A stretch of DNA of 64,000 bases from an uncultured Acetobacteraceae bacterium (GCA_964244585.1 CAXTJM010000018.1:2084-66083); one strand, 5' to 3'; positions 1 to 9,290 are shown, counted from the stretch's first letter. Numbers and translations: made by a program. Notes: a model not told the origin generated them from the sequence alone.

Positions 1-1
1 C

Positions 2-787
2 GGCCTTCAGCCGTTCCTCGAATTCGCCGCGATACTTGGCGCCTGCGACCAACGCGCCGAGGTCGAGCGCCATCAGGCGCTTGTTGCGCAGCGCCTCCGG
101 CACGTCGCCGTTGACGATACGCAGCGCCAGACCCTCGACGATGGCCGTCTTGCCGACGCCGGGCTCGCCGATCAGCACCGGGTTGTTCTTGGTGCGGCGG
201 GCGAGCACCTGGATGGTGCGTCGGATCTCCTCGTCGCGGCCGATCACCGGGTCAAGCTTGCCTTCGCGGGCGACGGCGGTGACGTCGCGGGCGTATTTCT
301 TCAGCGCGTCGAAATTGTCCTCAGCGGTGGCGCTGGTCACCTTGCGGCCCTTGCGGATGTCGGCGACCGCCTTTTCTAACGCCTGGGGCGTGGCGCCGGC
401 CTGGCGCAGGGCGCGTGCGCCGGGCCCATCGGCGGCGGCGAGCGCAAGCAGCAGGCGATCCTGCGCAACGAAATCGTCGCCTGCCTTGGCGGCGTCACGC
501 TCCGCCGCATCCAAGGCACGGACGAGGTCAGGCGTGACCTGCGGCTGCCCGGCACCGCCGCCTTCGACCCGCGGGTTGCGGGCGACCTCGGCGTTGATGG
601 CAGCCTGCGCCGCCTTCGGGTCGGCCCCGGCCGCACGCAGCAACCCGGCGGCGGCACCCTGCTCATCATCCAGCAGGGCCTTGATCAAGTGCTCCGGCGT
701 GATGCGCTGGTGGTACTCACGCATGGCGATGGTCTGTGCCGCCTGCAGGAAACCGCGAGCACGTTCGGTAAATTTCTCGATGTTCAT
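2..787 (-). CDS. clpB: ATP-dependent chaperone ClpB, N-terminal part (runs off the window start)
   Basis: Manual translation from ATG at 787: [34 protein letters not shown]...[38 protein letters not shown] (Clp N-domain and Walker A of NBD1). Not in the ORF track because it has no stop in the window. Confidence 0.96.
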   Translation of the reverse strand, partial: MNIEKFTERARGFLQAAQTIAMREYHQRITPEHLIKALLDDEQGAAAGLLRAAGADPKAAQAAINAEVARNPRVEGGGAGQPQVTPDLVRALDAAERDAAKAGDDFVAQDRLLLALAAADGPGARALRQAGATPQALEKAVADIRKGRKVTSATAEDNFDALKKYARDVTAVAREGKLDPVIGRDEEIRRTIQVLARRTKNNPVLIGEPGVGKTAIVEGLALRIVNGDVPEALRNKRLMALDLGALVAGAKYRGEFEERLKA

Positions 788-861
788 CTGTGTCCCTTTC
801 GATCAGGCGACAAGGCTGTGGCGCGTCCCTAATCAGGCGACGCAGCTGCATCGGGAAGTGG

Positions 862-885
862 CCATGTCGGCCGCGTGACTCAAGG
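862..885 (-). promoter_or_regulatory. Possible RpoH (sigma32)-type promoter for clpB
   Basis: Minus strand CTTGAG-N16-GCCACTT about 75 nt upstream of the clpB ATG; partial match to the CTTG...CCCATNT consensus. Confidence 0.3.
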
Positions 886-927
886 GGATGGCCGGCCTTC
901 GGAGTTGGAAAATCGGTAAGGCCCAGG

Positions 928-1824
928 CTACTTGGCTGGCACCTGGCCGACCGCCACTTCCACATTGACCTTCATGCTGCCGAACGCCCCCGGAGGCCCC
1001 AGGAAGCTGCCAGACACCGGCACCGCCTGCTGGGGCGTACGGGCCACGCTGACGCGGATCAGGTTGCGGCCGGCCACCCACCCGTTGGTGGGATCGAACT
1101 CCACCCATCCTGCCCCTGGCAGGTAGACCTCCACCCAGGCATGCGTCGCGCCGCCGCCGATGACCGGCTCATCCGAGGCGACCAACCTTTCATCATACAA
1201 GTAGCCACTGACGAACCGCGCCGCGAGGCCGAGCGAACGCACCGCCTCCATCATGAACACGGTGAAGTCCCGGCATGCCCCGGCACGGATCGCCAGCGTC
1301 ACCAACGGGTCGTTGGTGCCCTCGGCCTGCCGCCCCTCGTAGCGGAACTGGGACCGGATCGCCTGGGTCATGGCGGTGAGCATCGCCATCGTGCCGGTTG
1401 GGCCGCCCGTGGCGAGGAACTGGTGCGCCCAGGCATCCACGACTCGATCCGGGTCGTCGTAATGCCGCTCGATCGAGCGGGCGAGGTCGGGCACCTCCGT
1501 CGACGTGTAGCTGAACGGGAACGTCTCCGCCCGGGGATCCAGCGGCAGATCGGCGCGGGTCGGATAATGATGCAGGTCGAGCGTCGACACCACGGCTAGA
1601 TGGTCCACCATCCGGTCACGCGGGAATGCAAGGTAGCAGACGGAATTGCCGAACACGTCATGCGCCCAGCGTGTGGACAGGGCGGGCGGCGAGACCGCCA
1701 GCCTGGTCTCCAGCAACCGCAAATCGTGGCTGTCACGCGGCCGGAGCATCAGCCGATGCGAGAGCAGGCTCACCGGCTCCTTGTAGCGATACTCCGTCTC
1801 ATGGATGACACGGACCCGTGGCAC
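928..1824 (-). CDS. Transglutaminase-like family protein (Bact_transglu_N + transglutaminase core)
   Basis: N-terminal IHETEYRY...LMLRPRD, catalytic GACRDF, ARFVSGYL, ATHAWVEVYLPGAGWVEFDPTN (Cys-His-Asp triad). Confidence 0.93.
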   Translation of the reverse strand: MPRVRVIHETEYRYKEPVSLLSHRLMLRPRDSHDLRLLETRLAVSPPALSTRWAHDVFGNSVCYLAFPRDRMVDHLAVVSTLDLHHYPTRADLPLDPRAETFPFSYTSTEVPDLARSIERHYDDPDRVVDAWAHQFLATGGPTGTMAMLTAMTQAIRSQFRYEGRQAEGTNDPLVTLAIRAGACRDFTVFMMEAVRSLGLAARFVSGYLYDERLVASDEPVIGGGATHAWVEVYLPGAGWVEFDPTNGWVAGRNLIRVSVARTPQQAVPVSGSFLGPPGAFGSMKVNVEVAVGQVPAK

Positions 1825-1902
1825 TCAGATGACGTGGAAAATCAGGAGGAGGATGATGATCGGAATGGGGATCCCGATCAACCACAACAGGATGCTGCGC
1901 AT
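1825..1902 (-). CDS. 25-aa hydrophobic microprotein MRSILLWLIGIPIPIIILLLIFHVI
   Basis: Read by hand: GGAGG RBS 8 nt before ATG (1902); TGA (1825-1827) abuts the GTG start of the transglutaminase gene; a single TM-like helix. Below the ORF-track length cutoff. Confidence 0.8.
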   Translation of the reverse strand: MRSILLWLIGIPIPIIILLLIFHVI

Positions 1903-1937
1903 CGCCTAAACCTCCATTACGCCTAGCCCCAATCGCA

Positions 1938-1964
1938 AACGCAAAGCTTGCAGCCCAGGTTTCC
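1938..1964 (-). promoter_or_regulatory. EcfG/SigT (general stress response)-like promoter
   Basis: Minus strand GGAAAC-N17-CGTT about 35 nt upstream of the microprotein ATG; near match to alphaproteobacterial GGAAC-N16/17-CGTT. Confidence 0.5.
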
Positions 1965-2061
1965 GTCATAGCCATGGCTTGCAAGGCTGATACACGTTTG
2001 AGGTTAAGCAACCTCGAACGAACACGCCCTGCATGGCAGAGCGTGGCCGCTATTGTTGTGC

Positions 2062-2607
2062 CTACGCCCAAACTTTGCGCCGCAGCCGTCCGATCCGGCC
2101 GAGCCCGGCAAGCCGGCGATCAAGGAACGCCAATGTCGCCGCATCGTCGTCGCTGTCGTCGCGCAGCCAGAACAGCAGTGTCGCACCATAAACACCGGCC
2201 AGGATCGCCCGCTTGCTATACCAACTCCAGTCGGCGCTGCGGTCGCCGGCCGCATGCCAGAGCGCGTCCACCGTGCGGGCGGTCACCCGTGCAGAGGCGG
2301 CAGGGTGGGCCGCCAGGATGGCCACCCCTCGGCGGACTGCCTCCCTAGCCGGACGGGTAGCGGCCAGGCGGCCGGCGATCGCGCCGTGGACGCGGTCGGC
2401 AAGGCGGTCGCCCAGGGCCGCCGGCATGCGGCGATCGGCCAGGTCGCACCAGCTTTCCACCATGTCGACCGGGCCGCCAGGAAACAGCAAATCCGCGTCC
2501 GGCCCAGCGACCGCCTGCAATCCGACCAACGTCCAACCCGGAAACGGCACCGCGGCGACCAACGCGTCGAGCGCTGCGTCGCGCCCATCCGTGCGCTCGG
2601 GCGGCAT
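2062..2607 (-). CDS. COQ9 family ubiquinone biosynthesis lipid-binding protein
   Basis: LFPGG..D motif, DALWHAAGDRSADWSWYSKRAILAGVY, TLAFLDRRL; TGATG overlap with def; typical rpsU/def/COQ9 context. Confidence 0.9.
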   Translation of the reverse strand: MPPERTDGRDAALDALVAAVPFPGWTLVGLQAVAGPDADLLFPGGPVDMVESWCDLADRRMPAALGDRLADRVHGAIAGRLAATRPAREAVRRGVAILAAHPAASARVTARTVDALWHAAGDRSADWSWYSKRAILAGVYGATLLFWLRDDSDDDAATLAFLDRRLAGLGRIGRLRRKVWA

Positions 2608-3134
2608 CACGCCCCGGCCCGGGACAGTTCCTCGTTGAAGCCGAACTGGCGGAAATCGTTCATGCGCATGGGGTAGAGGATCCCGTCAAGGTGGTCGTAC
2701 TCGTGCTGCACAACCCCGGCATGGAAGCCGCCGACCTCGGCGCCCACCGGGTTGCCGTCACAATCCACCCCGCTATAGCGCACCCTCGCCCAACGCGGTA
2801 CGGCCGCCCGCATGCCGGGGATGGAGAGGCAGCCCTCCCAGCGCAGCACGCGCTCCTCGCCGGCAGGCTCGACGGTGGGATTGATCACCACGGTATTGCC
2901 GACCGGGATATCGTCCGGCACATCGCTGGCCCGCACCGGCTGGACGCGGAATACGAACAGCCGCAGCGGGACATGCACCTGCGGCGCGGCCAACCCGGCG
3001 CCCGGCGCGTCCTCCATCGTCTCCATCATGTCCTCCACGAGGCGGCGGATCTCAGGCGCCCCGGGGTCTGCAACCGGCTCCGCCCGTTGCAGCAGCACAG
3101 GGTGGCCCATGCGGGCAATCTTCAGGATGGCCAT
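2607..3134 (-). CDS. def: Peptide deformylase
   Basis: GAGLAAPQ, EGCLSIPG, QHEYDHLDG motifs; start reset to MAILKIARMGHP. Confidence 0.97.
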   Translation of the reverse strand: MAILKIARMGHPVLLQRAEPVADPGAPEIRRLVEDMMETMEDAPGAGLAAPQVHVPLRLFVFRVQPVRASDVPDDIPVGNTVVINPTVEPAGEERVLRWEGCLSIPGMRAAVPRWARVRYSGVDCDGNPVGAEVGGFHAGVVQHEYDHLDGILYPMRMNDFRQFGFNEELSRAGA

Positions 3135-3165
3135 GGCTCGTCCCTGACTGGGGTTGCGAAAGGCT

Positions 3166-3194
3166 TTGGCGAGAGACAAAGGCCATGCTATAGC
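3166..3194 (+). promoter_or_regulatory. Putative sigma70 promoter for rpsU
   Basis: TTGGCG-N17-TATAGC in the def/rpsU divergent gap. Confidence 0.45.
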
Positions 3195-3284
3195 GCCCGC
3201 TCCGCAGTTTCATAGCTTGGCGGAAGCCCTTTATCACGTCCGCCGATGCAACTCGTCGGGCGCAGCCGCAGGAGAAGGCAGCGA

Positions 3285-3488
3285 GTGCAGGTTCTGGTTC
3301 GTGACAACAATGTCGATCAAGCGCTCAAGGCGCTCAAGAAGAAGATGCAGCGCGAAGGAATTTTTCGCGAGATGAAGCTGCGCCGGCATTTCGAGAAGCC
3401 GTCCGAACGTCGCGCCCGCGAAGCTGCCGAGGCTGTGCGCCGCGCCCGCAAGATGGAGCGCAAGCGCCTGGAACGCGAGGGCTTCTAA
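3285..3488 (+). CDS. rpsU: 30S ribosomal protein S21
   Basis: [25 protein letters not shown]...HFEKPSE; GTG start after AGGAG RBS. Confidence 0.98.
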   Translation: MQVLVRDNNVDQALKALKKKMQREGIFREMKLRRHFEKPSERRAREAAEAVRRARKMERKRLEREGF

Positions 3489-3495
3489 CCAGCAG

Positions 3496-3550
3496 CCCTT
3501 CGAAGCGAGGCATGGTCGCGAGCGGCCGTCGCCCGGCTTCGACAAGGGCC
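3496..3550. terminator. Long GC hairpin between convergent rpsU and DMT genes
   Basis: GCCCTT-CGAAGC...GCTTCG-AC-AAGGGC arms pair; no clear U tract. Confidence 0.45.
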
Positions 3551-3990
3551 TAGAATACGGCGACGCAGATAAGTCCGACAACCATCAGCGCGCCGCCGAT
3601 GAGCCGGCCAATACCGGCGGTGTGCTGCTCAAATCCCACCAGGCCGTAATTATCCAAGGCGATGGACGTTATAACGGCAGCCGACACCGTCAATCCCGTG
3701 AACAGGCCCGCCCCCAGCTGCCCCGGCGCGATCAGCATCGACAAGATATAAATCGCGCTGATTGCTCCGCCGCACCAGCCCCACCAGGGCACCTCGCGTA
3801 GCTGACCCATCGTGATGGGCTTGCCGAAGATCAGCGCGCCTATGGCCAGGACGGCGATCGAGATTAGCGAGAACAGGATTGCGGCCCACCAAGGCCCGCC
3901 TAACGTCTTGGTCAGCTTCGCATTGGCGCCGGACTCGATGGAGGTAAGCGCCCCGGCGACGGCTACGAAGACATACAGGAGCGCTTTCAC
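3550..3990 (-). CDS. DMT family transporter (YdcZ/DUF606-like)
   Basis: 146-aa hydrophobic protein with N.KL...G, PWWGWCGG and D.YGLVG motifs. Confidence 0.85.
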   Translation of the reverse strand: MKALLYVFVAVAGALTSIESGANAKLTKTLGGPWWAAILFSLISIAVLAIGALIFGKPITMGQLREVPWWGWCGGAISAIYILSMLIAPGQLGAGLFTGLTVSAAVITSIALDNYGLVGFEQHTAGIGRLIGGALMVVGLICVAVF

Positions 3991-4035
3991 CCTGGCGGAA
4001 CGTGTGGCCCGCCAGTCTGGTTCGCGCAGACCCTG

Positions 4036-4581
4036 TCAAGACGTCGGTACATCGCAACCATCATTCGGTGCATTCTGGCCCGGCTCCACCGTCACATCGA
4101 AGCTTGCCTCCGCCAGCACGCGCGGTCCCTGGCTGATGGTGAACGTCCATCGACCGGCGACGAGCGCCCAAGGCTCCTCCAGCGTGTATCCCGTATAGGA
4201 CCAATGGCCTGCATCGACGCCGCCGATGTTGGTCTCCGTCGTGCTCGTACGCCCGTCGGGTAAGGTCCAAAGCGGATGCTGCAACTGGATCGTCACTGGC
4301 GCGACGTCGCCGGGCGGCAGGTTCGCCGCGCGGAATTCCAAGCCGAACTGCCGGCAGTAAACCCCGGTGACGTCGCTGCCGAGGTGTACGAAGCGGGGCG
4401 CGCGCACCGGAGTGCTGCCGACGACGTTGCCGGGCCGCGGCGGCTCCGCCGGTCCGGCCTCCTGCGCCACCACCTCCCCCAGCCGCCCAACCTGGAGCAC
4501 CAACGGGTCCGCCCGAGCCGGCAGCCCCGCGAGCAGGAACCCGGCGAGCAGCAGGCAACCGCTGTTCGACGCCGCCGCCAT
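4036..4581 (-). CDS. DUF3859-like secreted protein
   Basis: Signal peptide (LLLAGFLLAGLPARA) then FGLEF...QHP...PDG...GYTLEEPWALVAGRWTFTI...SFDV beta-rich domain. Confidence 0.75.
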   Translation of the reverse strand: MAAASNSGCLLLAGFLLAGLPARADPLVLQVGRLGEVVAQEAGPAEPPRPGNVVGSTPVRAPRFVHLGSDVTGVYCRQFGLEFRAANLPPGDVAPVTIQLQHPLWTLPDGRTSTTETNIGGVDAGHWSYTGYTLEEPWALVAGRWTFTISQGPRVLAEASFDVTVEPGQNAPNDGCDVPTS

Positions 4582-4584
4582 CGC

Positions 4585-5985
4585 TCAGCGATCCGTCAGT
4601 CGGAATTCGATCCGGCGGTTCTTGGCGTTTGCGTCGGGACCCTCCGTGCCGTCCAGCGGCTGGTATTCGGCAAACCCGGTAGCCGCCAGGTGAGTGGCTG
4701 GAACCCCCTCGGCGATCAGCAGCTTGACCACGTTGATCGCGCGCTGGGACGACAGCTCCCAGTTGGAGGCGAACGCACCGCCGCGTTGAACCGGCAGCCG
4801 GTCCGCATGGCCGTCGACCCGCATGATCCAGGGCAGGCCGCTCGGGATCTCCGCCGCCACCTGCTTGATGGTGCCGGCAAGCGCGCCGATCTGGTCCTGG
4901 CCGGCCTGCGTCAGATCCGCGCTGCCGACGGGGAACAGCACCTCCGACTGGAACACGAACCGGTCACCCACGATCTGCACGCCGGGCTTGTTGGCCAGCA
5001 CCTCGCGCAAACGGCCGAAGAACTCGCTGCGGTAGCGCTGCAACTCTTCCACCTTGGAGGCGAGCGCCGTGTTCAGGCGGGACCCGAGATTGGCGATCTG
5101 CACGTCCTTCGCCTTGTCCGCCTGGTCGGACAGATCCAGAGCCGCGGACACCTGCGCCACCTGCGCCCGCAGCTGGGCGACCTGCTGGTTCATCAGCGCG
5201 ATCTGGGCGCGGGCGGAATCGGACAGCTTCTGCTCGTCGGCCAATTGCGCGGCCACCGCCGCGCGGGCTTGCTGCTCCGTGACGGATTTGGCTGCCGCCA
5301 TCCGGGCCTGGGCCTCCAACTCGTCGCGCAGCGCGGTCAGCGCATTCACCTGGTCGGTCAGCTTGGCCAGGTCGGCCAGCTTCGCCTCCACCGTCGCCTT
5401 GTCCGCCGCGACCGTGCGATCCAACTCTGCCCTCGCCGCGGCGAGTTGCCGCTTGGCATCGGCCAGTTGAGCCGCCAGCCCGGCCGCATCCTGCCCGGCG
5501 GCGTCGCTGCGACTGGCGGCGGACGCCAGTTGCTGCTGAAGCAACTGGTTGCGCGCGGCACTCCCCTGGCCCTGGGCGGAGGCATCGGCCAGCTGCGCGG
5601 CGAGCCGGGTCCGCTCGGCCTGCAGGGAATCCCGTTGGGCTGCCGCGTCCGCCAGTTGCTGGTGCAACGTCGACACTTGCGCGTCAAGCTGGTCGCGTGC
5701 GCTGCCCGCCGCCTTTACCTCGGCCGTCAGGCTGGCGACGGAGGCCTGCAACTCGCTGCCCCGGCCGCGTTCCAGGGACAGCATGTCGGTGAGTTCCGCC
5801 ATTTGCCGGTTCAGCCGGTCGAGCGCCCGGTCCTTGCCGGAGAGCGCCACCGACAGGAACGCCTGCGCCAGCACGAAGACCAGCAAGACGAAGATGATGA
5901 CCATCAGCAGCGTGGACAGCGCGTCTACGTAGCCGGGCCAAGGGTTCAGCGCCTCCCCGCCGCCGCCGCGCCTGCGCAGGCTCAT
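4585..5985 (-). CDS. MotB-like protein: N-terminal TM with conserved Asp, long coiled coil, OmpA-like peptidoglycan-binding domain
   Basis: NPWPGYVDALSTLLMVIIF TM; about 300 aa of heptad-rich helix; VDGHAD, NWELSSQRA, NAKNRRIE. Confidence 0.9.
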   Translation of the reverse strand: MSLRRRGGGGEALNPWPGYVDALSTLLMVIIFVLLVFVLAQAFLSVALSGKDRALDRLNRQMAELTDMLSLERGRGSELQASVASLTAEVKAAGSARDQLDAQVSTLHQQLADAAAQRDSLQAERTRLAAQLADASAQGQGSAARNQLLQQQLASAASRSDAAGQDAAGLAAQLADAKRQLAAARAELDRTVAADKATVEAKLADLAKLTDQVNALTALRDELEAQARMAAAKSVTEQQARAAVAAQLADEQKLSDSARAQIALMNQQVAQLRAQVAQVSAALDLSDQADKAKDVQIANLGSRLNTALASKVEELQRYRSEFFGRLREVLANKPGVQIVGDRFVFQSEVLFPVGSADLTQAGQDQIGALAGTIKQVAAEIPSGLPWIMRVDGHADRLPVQRGGAFASNWELSSQRAINVVKLLIAEGVPATHLAATGFAEYQPLDGTEGPDANAKNRRIEFRLTDR

Positions 5986-7115
5986 GGCGGCTTGGCGGCC
6001 ATGCCGGCAATGGTGCGCGTCAGCACGCGGATCTCGTTGCGCAGATCCGCGGTGGTCTGGGCGCGGCCTTGTTCCATTTCGCCCGCCAGCCGGCTGAGGA
6101 ACGCCTCGATATTGCGCAGGTGTCCGCGCGACTGGTCATCGCCCCCCCGCTCGCCCAACCGCTGCAGGGCCGGGGCGAGGGTGGACTGCGTCTCCGCGAT
6201 CCGCAGCATCAATTGCTGATTGGTGCGCATCGAATCCGCCAATTGGCCGATGCGCTCGCCCAACGCGGTGATCGCCTGGTTCGCCTGCACCCGCCCCTCT
6301 TCGCCGCGCACCAGGATGCGCTGGAGGTTCTCCATGTTCTCCGCCGTCTGCTCCAGCAACGCCTGCACGTAGACCGGGACCGACGCCTCCCCCTCGCCGC
6401 CCAGCACGCCGGATGACAGGCGCGTCAAGCCGGCCAGCCACTCCTCCAACTCGTTGAAGAAGCGGTTCTGCGCTTGCCCGGCCGTGAGGTCGAGGAAGCC
6501 CAGCACCAGGGCGCCGGCCAGGCCAAGCATGGAGGAGGAAAACGCCGTTCCCATGCCGGTCAGCGGCTTCGACAGGCCGCTCTTGAGCTGCTCGAACAAC
6601 GCGTTGATGTCGCCGGAGCCGACCGACATGCCGTTGATGACCGCCGCCACCGCGCCGACCGTCAGCAGCAGGCCCCAGAACGTGCCCAGCAGCCCCAGGA
6701 AGATCAGCAGCCCGGTCATGTAGCGCGACAGCTCACGGCTTTCGTCCAGGCGGCTGGCGAGGCTGTCGAGCAGCGAGCGCATCGCCGGCGCCGAGAGCGT
6801 GAAGCGGTCCGTCCCCTTGGTCGAGCGCTGCGCCATCATGGAAGCCATCGGCGCCAGCAACACCGGCGGCGGCAACCCGGCCAGGCGGGCGCGCGACTGC
6901 TGGAACGTCTCCACCCAGCGCACTTCCGGCGCCAGCCGGATCACCTGGCGCAGGTTCCAGCCGATGCCCAGGAACAGCACCAGCAGGATCAGCGCGTTGA
7001 GTAACGGGTTGCTCTCGAACGCGACGAGCAAAGCGCCGGACAGGACCCCCGCCACCACGGCCACCGCCAGCAGGAACGCCACCATGCGGACCAGATAGGT
7101 GGCAGGGCGCGTCAT
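5982..7115 (-). CDS. MotA/TolQ/ExbB-like proton channel protein with C-terminal coiled-coil tail
   Basis: Multiple TMs, LGLLGTFWGL and GMGTAFSSSMLGLAG channel motifs; ATGA overlap with the MotB-like gene; start reset to MTRPATY. Confidence 0.88.
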   Translation of the reverse strand: MTRPATYLVRMVAFLLAVAVVAGVLSGALLVAFESNPLLNALILLVLFLGIGWNLRQVIRLAPEVRWVETFQQSRARLAGLPPPVLLAPMASMMAQRSTKGTDRFTLSAPAMRSLLDSLASRLDESRELSRYMTGLLIFLGLLGTFWGLLLTVGAVAAVINGMSVGSGDINALFEQLKSGLSKPLTGMGTAFSSSMLGLAGALVLGFLDLTAGQAQNRFFNELEEWLAGLTRLSSGVLGGEGEASVPVYVQALLEQTAENMENLQRILVRGEEGRVQANQAITALGERIGQLADSMRTNQQLMLRIAETQSTLAPALQRLGERGGDDQSRGHLRNIEAFLSRLAGEMEQGRAQTTADLRNEIRVLTRTIAGMAAKPP

Positions 7116-7116
7116 C

Positions 7117-7830
7117 TCAGGGGGTCGCTGCCGGGGTGGTGGCGAGCAGCAGGTCCACCCGGTCGGACGGCGCGTCACTCCCCGCCGGGCCGGGCGAGGC
7201 GCCGAGCGCACGGGGGTAGATCCGGGTCGAGACGATGCCGTCGCTGATCAGGATCGCGCGTATGGCAAGCGCGCGCGCCAGGGACAGCCGGCGCGGGGTG
7301 GAGGGATCATCCGGCACCCCGGCGGCGAAGGCATAGACGTTGAGGTCGGTCCCCGGCTCCGCTTTCACCGTGTCCGCGAAGCTGCGGACGGCGCCTTCCG
7401 TAGACCCACTCATGTCGGCGACCCCGGCGCCGAAGGTGACGCGGATGCCGCCCTTGATCTGCGACACGTCGCCCGGGGCGTTCGGAACGATCGGCACGGG
7501 CGGCGGCGGCGCTACCGGGCGGGCCGGCGGCACGACCGGCGGCGGCAGCGCCGCGCCCGATGGCGGCGCCGCCGGCACGGTGGGCGGCAGGCCCGGACGC
7601 AGGTTGGCGGTGTGCGGACTGGACGGCGCTGCCCGGGCCGGTGCGGCCGGATGCACCGGATGGGCGGGATGACGCGGCTGCGGCCGTGCGCCAGGCTTCG
7701 CAGGCGCCGCCGCGGCGTGGGCAGGAGGCGACGCGGGCTGCAAACGATCCAGCGCACCATTGTTCACGCTCACCTGAGCGAACGCGGTGCCCGGAAGCAG
7801 GAGGGCGGCGAGCAGGGCTGGGCGGGTCAC
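7117..7830 (-). CDS. Secreted Pro/Ala-rich protein with C-terminal OmpA-like domain
   Basis: Signal peptide (TRPALLAALLLPGTAFAQ), Pro-rich linker, RRLSLARALAIRAILISDGI..TRI...ALG. Start uncertain (7830 GTG, or up to 7875). Confidence 0.75.
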   Translation of the reverse strand: MTRPALLAALLLPGTAFAQVSVNNGALDRLQPASPPAHAAAAPAKPGARPQPRHPAHPVHPAAPARAAPSSPHTANLRPGLPPTVPAAPPSGAALPPPVVPPARPVAPPPPVPIVPNAPGDVSQIKGGIRVTFGAGVADMSGSTEGAVRSFADTVKAEPGTDLNVYAFAAGVPDDPSTPRRLSLARALAIRAILISDGIVSTRIYPRALGASPGPAGSDAPSDRVDLLLATTPAATP

Positions 7831-7879
7831 TCGCGGATGATACCCCGCCATGCGGAAGCCAGCTACCCGGGCCAACGGG

Positions 7880-8719
7880 TCAGGCTGCGCGTGAGGCGGC
7901 GACGCCCTCGGCCACCACCTCCAGCAGCTTGGGGTGCAGATGCGGGTTGGCGGCGACGATGTCGATCCCAGCCACGTCCATGACGAGGTCGCCGCCCGCC
8001 GTGTCGGTGGCGTAGCCGCCCGCCTCGCGCACGATCAATGCCCCCGCAGCCACGTCCCACGGCTTGGGTCCCAGTTCCCAATACCCGTCATAGCGGCCGG
8101 CCGCGACCCAGGCGAGGTCCAGCGCCGCCGCCCCGAAGCGGCGGATGCCGGCCACGACCGGCATCAGCGTGCCGAGCGTCCGTGCGAAGGCCAGGCGGCG
8201 CGCGGCGGGAACGGCAGCGAACGGGATGCCGGTGGCGAACAGCGCATCCTTGATCTCCCGCCGGCCGGAAACGCGGAGCCGGCGCTCGTTCAAGAAGGCG
8301 CCGACACCCTTCTCGGCCCAGAACATCTCGTCGTTCACCGGGTTGTAGATGCAGCCGGCCACGATCTCGCTGCCGGCATCGCTGCGGCGCTCCAGCGCCA
8401 CGCTGATGCACCAATGCGGCACGCCGTGCAGGTAATTGGTGGTTCCGTCCAGCGGGTCGACGATCCAGCGCCACGTCCAGTTGGCGCTGCCTACCATGCC
8501 GCCTTCCTCCAGCAGGAAAGCATAACCCGGGCGGGCGCGCTCCAACTCGGTGCGGATGGTCTGTTCGGCGCGAAGGTCGGCTTGGCTGACGAAGTCGCCC
8601 GGCCCCTTCACGCTGACCTGAAGCTGCTCCACCTCCGCGAAGTCGCGCACCAGGCGGCGCGATGCCTTCTGCACGGCGTTCTGCATCACCGTCATGTGGG
8701 GGGAGAGTTGCAGGGCCAT
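7880..8719 (-). CDS. suhB: Inositol monophosphatase family protein SuhB
   Basis: DFVSQAD, WIVDPLDGTTNYLHG, RRFGAAALDLAWVAAGRYDGYWE, PWDVAAG. Confidence 0.95.
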   Translation of the reverse strand: MALQLSPHMTVMQNAVQKASRRLVRDFAEVEQLQVSVKGPGDFVSQADLRAEQTIRTELERARPGYAFLLEEGGMVGSANWTWRWIVDPLDGTTNYLHGVPHWCISVALERRSDAGSEIVAGCIYNPVNDEMFWAEKGVGAFLNERRLRVSGRREIKDALFATGIPFAAVPAARRLAFARTLGTLMPVVAGIRRFGAAALDLAWVAAGRYDGYWELGPKPWDVAAGALIVREAGGYATDTAGGDLVMDVAGIDIVAANPHLHPKLLEVVAEGVAASRAA

Positions 8720-8723
8720 GCCG

Positions 8724-9290
8724 CTAGCCCTTCGAGCGCTCCACGTAGCTGCCATCCTCGGTCTTCACCACGATGCGCTCCCCCGTCTCGATGAAGGGCG
8801 GCACCAGGGTCTTCACCCCGTTCGACAGCTTGGCGGGCTTGTAGGAGCTGGCGGCAGTCTGCCCCTTCACCACCGGGTCGGCTTCCTCGACGGTGAGGAT
8901 CACGGTGGCGGGCAGGTGGATGCCGACCGGCTCGCCTTCGACCGTATCGACCTCGACCTCCATGTTGTCCTGCAGGAAGGCGACCTGGCTGCCGAGGATC
9001 TCGGCCGGGATCATCGCCTGCTCGAACGTCTCGGGGTCCATAAGGACCAGGTTGTCGCCGTCGGTGTAGGAATAGGTGTAGTCCTTGGTGTCGGTCATCA
9101 GCCGCTCGACCGTATCGGCGGTGCGCCACCGCTCGTTGGTCTTGTTGCCGGTCTTCATGTTGCGCATCTCGACCTGGATGAACGCGCCACCCTTGCCCGG
9201 CGTGATGATCTGCTGCTTGAGCACGGTCCAGCGATTGCCGTCGTGCTCGATCACCTGGCCGGCGCGGATCAGGTTGGCCTGCTGCTTCAT
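8724..9290 (-). CDS. efp: Elongation factor P
   Basis: MKQQANLIRAG...TPGKGGAF (modifiable Lys loop), SSYKPA, VPPFIE.GE; the upstream part of the 444-aa track ORF is spurious. Confidence 0.97.
   Translation of the reverse strand: MKQQANLIRAGQVIEHDGNRWTVLKQQIITPGKGGAFIQVEMRNMKTGNKTNERWRTADTVERLMTDTKDYTYSYTDGDNLVLMDPETFEQAMIPAEILGSQVAFLQDNMEVEVDTVEGEPVGIHLPATVILTVEEADPVVKGQTAASSYKPAKLSNGVKTLVPPFIETGERIVVKTEDGSYVERSKG

Noticed and set aside
4276-6219. 647-aa plus-strand ORF
   Set aside because: Antisense shadow of the MotB-like gene; no motifs, and long antisense frames are expected in GC-rich DNA.
4585-7115. Calling the MotA/MotB-like pair Zorya or a flagellar stator
   Set aside because: No zorC/D/E or flagellar genes are adjacent, the A-subunit tail is short compared with ZorA, and the context is housekeeping.
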